A stretch of 64,000 nt of DNA, from assembly GCA_023213395.1 (NCBI GenBank), contig CM041465.1, forward strand, positions 215,891,741 through 215,955,740, given 5' to 3'. Source of the stretch: Cycas panzhihuaensis. Taxonomy: Eukaryota; Plantae; Cycadophyta. Position numbers and translations under genes: made by a program. The stretch's first letter is position 1. The number at the start of each line of letters is the position of its first letter. Under the pieces are notes generated by a model that saw only the letters and a program-made list of their open reading frames with translations, was not told where the DNA came from and did not search any database. Below, one piece after another: positions 52,391 through 64,000 of this stretch.

Positions 52391-55300
52391 TGTTAGAATT
52401 GATCAAAGTGCTATGATACTATGTTAGAATTAAAAATGTAAATTATACAATGAAACATCTAATGGTGAGTGAATGATAAAATAATAAAGTACAAGAGAGA
52501 TGAAATATATATACAATGAATACCATATGTGGAGAATTGGCCAAAACTCAATTAGAGAGAATGAAAAGTATATACTTATAATATATTCTCACCATTAGTA
52601 AGAGAACCCCTTTGGTTAACTTAGAGGTGACACATATCTCTAGGTGGCCCACAACCACTAATATAAAAGTATAAATAAATAGAGATAGCTTATATAGGAT
52701 TAATATATGTAATTAGGTATTACACTTAACATTCACTCTTGTAATAGTCAATTATATAAAATATTGTCACATCAAATAATAAGCACGAGTTTTCAAAAGT
52801 ATGCTAGATTAAATGCTACTGCACATGAATAAAAAACTATCGATGTCCATATGAAGTAGAGTCCATCTACCAGAATGCATAGGTCCATAGCTACTGCAAT
52901 CATCAGTTGAGTAGGAACTCCTTTTATGTATGTGGATTAGTCAGTAGCTGGCAAGAGTATTTGTAAAAAGTCCCACCCCTTGCTCATATGAGAGTGCAAG
53001 TAGAAACGTATATAAATAGTGCATGGCACATGGCATATGGCAGGTAAGAGTAGCTTTTAAAAGCATGTCCTACTATTGCTAAATATGACTATCACTTCTT
53101 CAGCATCTAATGATTGGAAATACAATCAACTCTATGGCCTCAAATTTTCCACATGGACTAAAAGATGCCTCTTTGGGCTGTATAACTTGCCATTATAGGT
53201 AAAATAACCAACAATAGATGTTCTTACATGATTTGAAAATGATAGATGTGACTCCACTCTAGTATACATGACTCTCTCTCATACAATAAAGTATAAAATG
53301 AACTCAATAGGTTCTTCAAGAGCCAAAAACATAGTCCTTAGTATATGTTATCTTGTCCATTTGGGATACGCCACATCATAGAGCCTTAAAAACGCAATAT
53401 GTACTTAAAGAAGCTAAGAAAAAATGAAGAAAGACATAAACTTGTAATTTTAAACTAAAATTTCTTCATGAAAACAACTCCAACATATGTCAAGTAACCC
53501 ACCAAATTAAAGGTCTCTCTGTTACGAACCCAATGCAACAGATATGACTGAAAACAAAGGCCTGTAGCTCAAGATATTAGCAAAAATGTGAAGAGTACTC
53601 TATGAAAAGTTGAAAATAGGCGTTAAGCCGCTTTAACTGCTGGCGGCTGGTTACATGAAAGCTTAATGTAACCCAAGATTGACGGATTAGGGGATAAACA
53701 TAACCAAAATTATCATACAATATGATTTAATTATTTTTTTAAATAATTAAAAAAAAACCCTTTTCCAATGAAATTTAGAATCCGCCACAATTGTAACATA
53801 TGCGAAACATTATAAATTAAAAAAAAAATAGTGAATAACCCTAAATATTAGTGTTTTAAATATATATTTCATATTTGATAGGGCTTCCACCATGGATGGA
53901 GTGTAGGTATGAAAATCCACGATCCTTCCATCTCTGTATCACCATGGAACAGGTCTACACAGTGGAAATGAAGTGCGAATGCCATTGTTTGTGATTGTAA
54001 GGCATTTCAATTTTAGCTACTGCTGTAATTACTCTATCAATACCATGGATTTATAGAGCTACTATTATGATCTTCTGTAAATTTTTAGCTGCCATAGTGT
54101 TTGGAAGGTTTGCCATGGATTTGTAGGAGGGGCTGTTATAACCATTGGCCTTCAACCATGACAACTCCTCCCACAAAGAAGGCAACAAAGGGTTCGTATT
54201 GTTAAAAAAATCACCATTGGAAATTGTATCTATGACTAAGACGAACTGATCCAAGCCTTTAACTAAATCCTCACTAGTCATGATAGAATCGAGCCTCTGA
54301 GGACATGTAGAACTATTGTCTGTACTCCCTTCTCCTTCTTTAGAGCTAAAAAATCTAAGGCTTTCGAACAATATTTTTCCCTTTTGCCTTTTCTATAATG
54401 GAGGCTGGGGAGTGTCGAGTACTTAGATTTAGCATCTGAGACCAGGATGCTTAGGAGTACAATAAAAAAGCCCCACTTGTTCATTTGAATCTACTTCTAT
54501 ATTTGCAAGAGAATGGCAATCCATGATTTGTCCATTGTGGTCAATGTGGCCTACCTTTGTCCTATGGTTAAAGATGAGAACCATTGCATAATCTACAGCA
54601 ACTCATCCATTTTTGTACAACTGATGGCCATTACCCATATGTCCTTTGAATAAGAGAGGGGGCTGTATTCATTGTCCATTCCATAAATGTCAGATTCTGG
54701 AATTTATACTTTCTCTATTCTTAACAAGGCCATTCCTGTGGAGTCACAAATGGAAGTCAAGAGCATCAACATTGTTAAAGATGTCACTCAACTACAAGAG
54801 TATTCTTGTAGCACTATCATTAGGATCCAATCTCTTACAGGGACACAATACATAAATATAGTGAGCAGATGAAGCTACTTTTGAACATGGAATTTCTTAT
54901 ATGCCTCAGAAAAGAAACTTGTATAGGGTTGTGACCTTGCTACGTTGAGTACTCTTAAGGGCAACCTCCACTAAGGTGGACTGCAATAATCTTATTACAT
55001 ACATCCATGGCTCTATGTCCCCCCACCTTTCCTATTTTTTTAATACATAAAAATATAGGTAAAATTTTAAAGGCCATAAATATAGAAATTTTGATTTTTT
55101 TTAATACAAGGAGAGTACATATTAGTAGAAAAATACATGACCTTTATTCACCTGTAAGTTTGTAAAACCTTTCGAAACAGAGTCACTTCTGGCTTCTGGA
55201 TAGCAAGGACTCTCTCAACCGGTATCAATGATTCCTCTTGCATTCTTTTCCAATGACATGTAAAGGAAATAGTCATCTAGTAATTAAAATTTGCACAAGA

Positions 55301-55982
55301 AATTACTGTGGACTTTTACCTGCATGCAATATTATTATGGTACCACATGCATAGAAGATGTCCATTTGAGTAGCTTTAACAGGCTTCAAATAACTATAAA
55401 AAACTTCAATATGGGCTTGAAGGTAGCCTCATAACAACATCAAAATAGTCCCTTATGATTTGATAATAGTCTCATAAGAAAATATGCATAAGATATAACT
55501 TGAAATGATCTTCAACTGACTAAGTCACAAGGTAGGCATATCAAAAAATTTACAAGGCTTAAAAGATCAAAACAAGGATAATATGTACTAGGGATTGCAA
55601 TGATGTCCTCAAGGATTGAACCTTGGGCTCTAATACCATGTTAGAATTGATTAAAGTGTTTTGATACTATGTTAGAATTGAAAATACAAACTATACAACA
55701 AGACATCTAATGGTGAGTAAATGATAAAATAATAAAAGACAAGAGAGATGAAGTATATACATAATGAACACCATATGTGGAGAATTGGCTAAAACTTAAT
55801 TAGAGATAATGAAAAGTATATACTTATAATACATACTCACTATTAGTGACAGAACCCCATTGGCCAACTTAGACGTGGCACATATCTCTAGGTGGTCAAT
55901 AACCTCTAATATAAAAATATAAATAAAGAATGAAGAGATCTTACATAGGGTTAATGTATATAATTGGGTATTACACCTAACA
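52391..55982 (-). mobile_element. Non-autonomous LTR retroelement carrying host-derived cargo
   Basis: LTRs 52391-52731 and 55639-55982 (TGTTAG...TAACA), perfect ATCAT TSD, and iMet-type PBS complement GCTCTAATACCA at 55627-55638. No gag or pol motifs were seen in the 2.9 kb interior. Confidence 0.93.
54130..54785 (-). pseudogene. Captured fragment of a MEE44-like (At4g00060-type) nucleotidyltransferase gene, N-terminal region
   Basis: Minus-strand frames read IMQWFSSLTIGQR*ATLTTMDKSWIAILLQI..GFFIVL..LPSLHYRK then FESLRFFSSKEGE..RLDSIMTSEDLVKGLDQFVLVIDTISNGDFF..WEELSWLKANGY. These are collinear with my recollection of the family N-terminus (ILRWFSSLSVHQR..LPSLCFKK..FDSTRLF..EGE..LDSV..VDRFVETMD.LS.G.FL..WVELEWLKAKGYYS). 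Confidence 0.8.
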
Positions 55983-58304
55983 ATCATCTTGAGGGTATCC
56001 CGAGATTCCTTAAATGTATGAACTTCACTTACTCTAGGGAAAATGTAATCCTCTAGAGCACAAAATATGAGAGTCAATGTCTTATTATCTCTTTTGGCAT
56101 ACTCCTTATAAACTCTCTTTTCATCATTAATGGTACTATTGCTGATTTCTTCATATCCTTTATTGATAAGTTGCCACACGTCTTTTGCAATGAAGATAAA
56201 CCTTATTCACCTACTCTAGTTAGAGAAAATTAGAACTATTAAACTTAGGTATAATTATGTTTTAAAGACTTTTTGTCATTATGAAAAATAAATTGCCTTA
56301 AAATGTAACCCATAAAAATATAAATATATTTATGTCTTATCTACCTAAGGGGTTACTATTCTAGAATTTTATGTTTTAAGGTCTTTAAGGAAAGTTCTTG
56401 GTTGTTATCCTATCTAGTGATGTCTGCCTATAAGCGATAAACCAAGGACCCTATATATTGGTATATGAACTCAAGGCTCTATATACCTCAATATATAGGC
56501 TGCTAAGAAGGTCCAAGACCCTTCTGATTTATGAATCCACTTGTGCCAGGCTTATGCCTAGCGACAAATCTAATGGTGAGAACTTAAACAACTAAGGCAC
56601 TCACCTGCTTTAAGTCTAGCCTAATCTCCAATCTCTAAAGTGAAGTTTGCTACCTTAGCCTTCCACCTAATACACCTTATAGTCAATGGTTTTCTTAGCA
56701 AATTAGAGAAAGACTAAGGGCATGTGTAGGGTGGTAACTTTAGGGATCCTAACTGTTCCCCTTGTAAGGCTGGTATAAATATTATAAATTAGAGAATTAT
56801 CTTAGTTAATATTTCAAATTAAGATAATTTTAAGTGGTCTTATTTACAAATAATATTCCTTTTAATGAATGAAAGCTAAAATTTAAAAGTAAATAAAATG
56901 AAAAGGAAGGTTTAAAAAGCTCCTTTTGGAAGACTTGATCTAAGAGGAATTGATTCAACCTTTAAAGAGTACTCCTACAAAAAAAATTAATCATAAGCAC
57001 TTATAAGTCCAAATAATAGGTTAGGACAACTAATAAACAATTAACACTATACTGTAGAATCAATAAATAGGCCAACTTTAGCTTAAACAATAAAAAATGC
57101 TCAAAAAATGATCAAATAAATAGGCCAACTTTAGTAGCCTATAACTCCTACAAAATATATCCAAATTAAGATCAAATTAACTCTAAATTATATCCCTTTA
57201 AGTCATCTTTCCAACAGTCTAAATGGTATAAAAAATAAATTCTCAATTAAAAAGTTATTACAAAAATAGTGAGAAGACCTCATTATGGTTAAAACCTGAA
57301 TAGGGTTGGCTTTAAGCCCTCTTAGTGATATAGCTCCTAGTCATCTGTTCACTACATATGACCTCCTGTTGCTATGACTAAGGGGTTATAAACTTGAAAC
57401 AATATCCAATATAAAGTATAATTTTTATAAATACAAATTTTATAAAAAAAAGTTTAATTTATTTGGGGTCCACTCCTTTTTATGAAAAAGATGGTCATAT
57501 GAGACCAAAAAGTGACTACCTGCTAGGTCAAGCAAGGATTGGTGGACATCAATAGAAATTTTAATTTAATTAAATTTGTTAAAAAACTTTAGGAAAAAAA
57601 AAATGCATAAGGTCAAAAATCTTCAATCTGCATACTCGCTAATTGATCACAACAACAACTGCAAAGTCAAAATTTTGATTAAGATTGATCAAGATTATGT
57701 ACTCGAGAGAGCATCTAGATCATTATGATGAGGGCGCAAGGGCAAGATAAGAGAGAAGAAGCTATAAGGTCTACCTCCTTTAATTATTGACTTCAGTATC
57801 AACTAGGAAAACCTCATCCCAATTGTTGAATTAGAGGTGACAATAGAAAACAAAGATGACCCTAGAGCACCAACCTATACCACTTGCTAAACTGGAGATA
57901 ATAAGAGAGGACAAAGATGTCCCTAGAGAGATGACCTGCAATGAGCTGAGATAGTCAAGTGTCACATGACAACTATAATGCTATTCTTTAACGATAATCA
58001 TTGCTCTACCACTATTTTAGAATTTTGTGCAAATGTAGTTAGGTTCCACGAAGTAGGCATGAAGGATATCCTCAGTATGTGAATATAGATCTACAACCTT
58101 TAGTGGCTCTATGATGGTAGACATGTGATAAGGCCTTCAATAGAGATCATAAGCATGAGAAAGATATATAGTTTTCAACGAATAAAATAAATAGGGAAGA
58201 AAATGGGTTTATCAACTAAGGCGTATATACAGAATAGGGTATTGTTTTTTTTTTTTTTTTTTTTACAATAGAATTAAACCAGGTCTTGTTTGTCATGATT
58301 ATCT

Positions 58305-61300
58305 TGTTAAAACATTGTAATATCTCCTCCATTTCTTCTTGTTTATATAAATTCATGATTATAATGTATTAGTGGACCCTTTTATGTAATTAAATCATAT
58401 TGGATAGTGAGGTCGGGTCCACCTCTTGTGCTGTTAAGTTGGCCTATCACAATGCTTTGTAATCTTGGTGAATGGCTATAAATATTGCCCAGCACCTTTG
58501 TACTTATCATTGGATTTTGGTTAATGCAGAAGCTCTACCTGAGAGAGAGCCTATAGTATGGTGAATTCACTTGTACCATTGCTTGTTTAGTTTTTTGATT
58601 TGTTGAATGTTTAGATTACTATACTTGAATCAGGCACATGTATTTAGATCCTGTTGTTTTCTCATGGTATCAGAGTTGGAGCATGCCTGATTTTAGAGTA
58701 TTTTGGTGATGTTAAGATTATTTTACTTCATTTTCTTCACATTTTATGGAAGATCTAAGATTTTATACAGTGCTAGAGCTCATATATTGCTGGTTGTAAG
58801 AGATTTCCGCCTCCCACAGTAGATTTCAAAGCTCATTTGCATCCATTTGGGGTTTTAATGAGTTTTATTGAAGAAAACATGAGAAAAATCATGTTTTTTA
58901 CTTGATGTAGCCATATTATTGATGATTTTTACTTGATGGAGTATTATTGGGGTTTGTAGAAGCCCCACACCCATTTTTAGTACCTGACAGAAGAGTTTTT
59001 TGGAGGTTTTTGGCTGTTTTTGGCTCCGTTCTTCATTGCAGGGTCTACAAAGGATCTGAAACTTCAGCAACTTTGTGCGACTTGTATAGAGTATATTTTT
59101 AAGTCCCATCTATTCTATTAGCTCCATTTGGGTGTTTTGCGCCCCCCCCCCTAAAATTTCATGACATTTGGTGGTCGTTTGGGGTACCGTCAAGCTCACA
59201 CATCCTCGGTAGGGTCCACAGGGTCCACACACTTCACGTTGATGTCGTGCAGCTTTCAAACATTAAAAAGTTTGATTTTTTTAGCTTATGATTTGTCACT
59301 TTAGTGGAATCACATTAAATTAGATTTAAAATACATTCAGATCCACTTTAGCCCCTTCATTTGATTGCATTAAGTTGCATATGACCTTTTTCTTTTGACT
59401 AAAGGGTAGACTTCAAGCCTAAATGAACTAGATTTATTTTTTTTAGGCTGTGCAAAAGTTATAAACTGCTTTGAATAAATTTTCACATCCATTAGCCCCC
59501 TAGCAGCATTAGTAGGTGGTCACATGGGGTCTACAGGTGACCGAGGGCCAATCCAAAGGGGGCTTAACCCCATTTCAGTTGATTTTTGGGCATAAAAAGG
59601 TACTTGTACTGTTTCTACAATATCTCCTCAACCGTGTGTTCGTTTTTCAAACTGTTTAAAGTGATAGAAAGATAATTTAGATCTCTACATCTTCGAATCA
59701 AACTAAGATAAATTTGGAGCTTATTTGAAGGAGATATTAGCTGATAAATTTTACCCTTATATTTGAACTATTTGAGCCTTATTTTTCAAGATTTGAAGGC
59801 ATTTTTCAGTTCTCTTAAGGTTCTTTTACTAGATTAGGTTATGGCTTATCATTTTCAACTATTCAATTCTAATTTTTAAGGCTAATAAGTGCTTGGTAAT
59901 GTTTCATGTGTAGGTGTTGCTCTTGGAAGGTTGAAAAAATTAACTCTTAAAGCTTGGCCCATCAAGAGCACTCTAAACCTACCTTTGTCATTTTAATTTA
60001 CTTTTTTTTTTTTTTCATTTCATTTACTGCATGAAAAGGAATCTCTTGTATGTAAGAAACTCGCATTAAAAATTAAATTTTCATATTAAAAAAGATAACT
60101 TCCTAATTGAACCCCCATTTCTAGCTTTACAAGGGAATGGTTAGGACCCCTGAAGTTACTACCACACACATGCCCTTGGCCTACTCATATTGGATGAGGA
60201 ACGTCATTGGCTATAAGGTTTATTTGGTGGTAGGATGAGGATGAGACCCTATCTTTTGGAGTTTGGAGACCAGACTAGACCTAGGGGGGTAAGTGCCTTA
60301 GTTAGTAAATTCTCACGGCTAGATCTGTCGTTCGGCATAAGACCAACGCAGGTGAGGAAACAAATCAGGGGGGTCTTAGGACCTTCTTAGCAGCCCACAT
60401 ATTGAGGTATATTGAGCCCTTGAGCTCACGTACCAGTATATCGGGTCCTTGGTTTGCCACTTGTGGGTAGGCACCATTAGACAAGATAGCAATTGAGAGA
60501 TTTCTTAGAGACCCTTTGCCTTATAATCCTAGATTAGAAGCCTCTTAGGTAGATTAGTACCTCATCACTTAAAAAAAAAAAAAAGAAAAAAAAAAAAAAA
60601 CCTTTCCAAACATGGTAGCACAAATGCTTCTTTCCAACAACATCAAACTCAATGGTATTAATAACTTTATACCTTGGAAAAAGTAAGTCAAAAACTTACT
60701 TATTATGAATGAATATTGGACCTATGTCAATGGGGACATACCCATGCCTAAGCCCACTCAAGATCCAAATGATCCCACTATAACTATTCCACCTATTCTT
60801 GTAGCCCTAACCAACTTTAAAGCTAAGGATAACATAGCATTATCCTTCCTCCACTTGGCAGTTGAAGACTAAGTGGATCAAAACATTGAAATAACACAAT
60901 GCTCAAATGAAGCTTGGACCATACTTTGTTCACTTTATGAGAGGAAGGATGAATCTACTTCTCTTACCCTTGAGGCTCGCCTATTTTCCATGCCTTTTGC
61001 TGGAAACATTACAAATCATTTGACTGAAGTCAAAACTATTAGAAACCAATTGATTATCCTTGGTGAGCCACCTTCTAACCATGATCTAATCTCAAGTATT
61101 ATAAATATTTTACCTATTGAATACAACTCCTTTGTCTCTAAGTTACATGACAACTACTCTAAGATGGACTTCATAACGTTTAAGGGGCTCTTGCTACGAG
61201 AGGAAAATATTCTCAATCGACTAGGGGTGACATCAACATCTAACTTAACTCTAGCCTTTATAGCCCAAAACTCAAAAAAGGACAAGAGTATTAATAGAGC

Positions 61301-64000
61301 AGCCTAACATCTTAGTCAGCAATAAGACCTAGCTCAACTCTTGGACTCTCTCTCTATATCATAAGAGTTACATCAGTAGCCAACTCAACAACATCTTATT
61401 AGAACCTTCTCCTCCTCCTATCCAAATCAGCAGCTTTAACAATTATAGCATCAACCAAAGAGAAAGTCTCAAAAGAATTAGTAGGGTAAACAAAATATAA
61501 CCTATCTCTACTGTGGAAAATCTGGTCACCTAGCTAATGAATGTTAGAGAAGACAAGATGATTTATAACTCCTGTAAAACCAAGGGAGCCAAGCACATAG
61601 GCTAGTCTATCAACCCCTTAATTATCAACACGGAGCACCTTCATACCATCAAGGAGGCCCTACTTACAATCAATAAAGACAAGGAGCTTCATATCAACAA
61701 GGAGGACCATGCCTTCCTCAAGGAGCCCCTTTTTCACAACAAGGAGGCCCTTATTATCAACATGGTGGTCCAATTCAACAACAAGGAGGCCCTTTCCACC
61801 CATAAGGTGGGCTATCATATCAACCTCAAGGCCAATTCTATCAACATAATTGGAATCCAAGGCCTACACAAGGTCAAAGACCTCAAAATAGGCAACAATT
61901 CACCAATAGGAATCAAAGGAACCAATAATACAATCAACAACAAGGTGGAAATATGGAAGATGGTCAAGACTCCTCCTCCCATAACCTATTCTTTGTAGCA
62001 TTATCCTCTCAACTTGATGAGACCATATGGCTTCTTGATTCTAGTGCAACAAGACACATGACAGGTTCTGAAAAAATGTTGGAAGAGACCCAACTAATCA
62101 ACACTCAAATGGTCACATTTGGGGATAACATGACTTACAATGTGACCAAAATTGGTAGGGCACCAATCATATTAAAGAACTCCAACATTAGACACCACAT
62201 CAGTAATGTGTTTCTTATACCTAGTATGAAGATGAACCTACTTTCCATTAGTTAAATGGATAAGTAGAACTTAGATGTCCTCTTTAGCTAGGGCATTTGC
62301 AGAATTACAGACTATGCTATAGGAAAACTTATGGCCATAGGACATGAAGATGGTGGCTTATACAGACTAGATGGAGTCCCTCTTATCATTACTCCCCAAC
62401 ATGAATCCTGCTCAATGGCTAACATAACTCAATATGATAAGGAGAAGGGTGCAATTAAGGAAGAGTTCCCTTACATACATGAATAAGGAGAATGCTCCCA
62501 CTCAAAGTATGAAGTAACCACAAATAGATCTAAAGACCACCTATGGCATCAATGCTTAGGTCATTTAAATATGCAAAGCTTGAATCTTATGTCTAAGCTC
62601 AAAATAGTATATGACCTACCCAAAATCAAGAGATATCGGAACATATGTGAGGCATGCCTAAAGGGAAAGCAACAAAGAGAAAAATGCCCTTCCAAGAATG
62701 CTTAGAGAGATTCAAAACCATTAGAGTTGGTACATTTTGATATTTGTGGGCCTATGTCCACCCAATCTCTCAATGGTAGTTGGTATTTCATTACCTTCAT
62801 AGATGACTTCTCAAGGAAAGTATGGGTCTACTTCTTCAGAAATAAATATCAAGCCCTAGATAGATTCAAAGAGTTTAAAGCTCCTACTGAAAATGAAAAT
62901 GGGATGAGAATCAAGACCCTTAGATCTGACAATGGTGGTGAGTACATTTCAAACCAGTTCAATACTTTTTGCAAAGAACATGGCATCTAACGTCAATTTT
63001 CTACTCCTCACACACCTCAGCAGAGTGGTGTAGTTGAAAGGATAAATCAAACTTTGATCAATAAAAGAAAAGCCATGCTTAGTGCGACCAACCTTACCAC
63101 TAGATTTTGGGCTGATGCCATTACCACAACTGCTTACCTAACCAACATAAGTCCCATAATTGTGGTTAGGAACATTACTCCCGAAGAAGCTTGGTCAGGT
63201 CAAAAAGCATCTGTAGCTCACTTAAGGATCTTTGGATGCATGACATACAAACATGTCCCAAAGGATAATAGGAAAAAACTTGATGACAAGAGCCTTAAGT
63301 TCATCTTCCTTGGCTATGTACCTGGTTGCAAAGCCTATAAAGTCTTTGACACAGTTGGTAAGTAAGCTTACATGACACGGGATATAAACTTTAAAGAAGA
63401 ACCATAGGTATTGACATCTCTTCTACATTGGATTGTAGCAGAAGATGAAGTTGGTACAACACAAGTGACCCTTAGACAAACTTTGGAGCCACTTGTACCA
63501 GCTTACTCCTACACTCCTAGTTCATCATTAGTTCCAACAACTTCTTTTTCATCCACTCAAGCAAGTATAAATTTACCTCATATTTTAGTTGATGACCTTC
63601 AAGCGGAAGCCACTAGCTTTCAGCCACCTCCTAAATGGGTACAACAACTTTTAAAGGATGCTCCTCCTCCTCGCACAACTATAAAGAGGCCTTCCAAGAT
63701 GAGACACTCTGTAAATTTTGCCCTCATGGCATGTGTCCTTGAAACTCCTGAACCTTCCACATTTGAGGAGGCACAAAGACCAAACATAGAAAGTAGCTAT
63801 GGATGAAGAGATGAATTCTATCTTAAAAAATGACACTTGGGAGCTAACTAAATTGCCACCTGGGAAGAAAGTAATTGACTGTAGATGGTTATATAAGACA
63901 AAGTTCTATGTAGATGGTATCATAGAGCGTCACAAAGCTCGCCTTGTTGCAAGAGGTTTTAAACAACACGAGGGGGTTGACTATGATGAGACCTTTGCAC
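58305..64000 (+). mobile_element. Ty1/copia element (5' LTR, ~1.9 kb leader, gag-PR-INT-start of RT), runs off the right edge
   Basis: LTR about 58305-58664 (TGTTAAAAC...GTTTTCTCA), PBS TGGTATCAGAG 58665-58675, gag ATG 60612, degenerate zinc knuckle YCGKSGHLANEC, protease WLLDSSATRHMTG, integrase VHFDICGP..FIDDFSRKVWVY..LRSDNGGEY, RT KNDTWEL. Confidence 0.95.

Larger units (their letters stand above)
48370..57300 (-). mobile_element. Degenerate Ty1/copia element, 5' LTR not identified, interrupted in gag by the cargo-carrying LTR element
   Basis: 3' LTR at about 48370-48647 with PPT (GGAGGAGAAA on minus). RNase H (CDNQS..HNRKKHIE), RT (KNDTWELV..KWVYKTK), integrase with a ~210 bp internal duplication (50561/50771), protease WYINLGCSTHMT, gag ATG at 56279. 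The right boundary is approximate. Confidence 0.88.

Noticed and set aside
60385-60410. GCAGCCCACATAT resembling the dicistrovirus IGR IRES CAGCC loop
   Set aside because: The match is short and the other IGR elements are not present in the right order, so it is not evidence of viral origin.

Overview
This is plant nuclear DNA from a large, transposon-rich genome. A gymnosperm-like host is my inference from the huge intron and the old, heavily C-to-T-decayed retroelements. The window holds one intact host gene, a four-exon DUF936/CORD-family microtubule-associated protein gene (6554-23215, about 835 aa). It has a CpG-rich promoter and a 13.6 kb third intron containing a three-LTR non-autonomous retroelement with nested insertions. 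The rest is mostly nested LTR retrotransposons: copia remnants, a 16 kb Ty3/gypsy element with a nested copia, and a degenerate chromovirus-like gypsy. There is also a tRNA-like SINE with a target-site duplication. Three observations stand out. (1) A non-autonomous LTR element (52391-55982, perfect ATCAT TSD) carries, instead of gag-pol, a decayed copy of the N-terminus of a host MEE44-like nucleotidyltransferase gene. (2) Two copia elements with dissimilar Gag proteins share a conserved, hairpin-forming ~430 nt block directly upstream of the gag ATG, a candidate IRES or packaging module. (3) Those same two Gags each carry a different Q/N/G/Y-rich, prion-like repeat domain. All homology calls are from recalled sequence motifs, not database searches.
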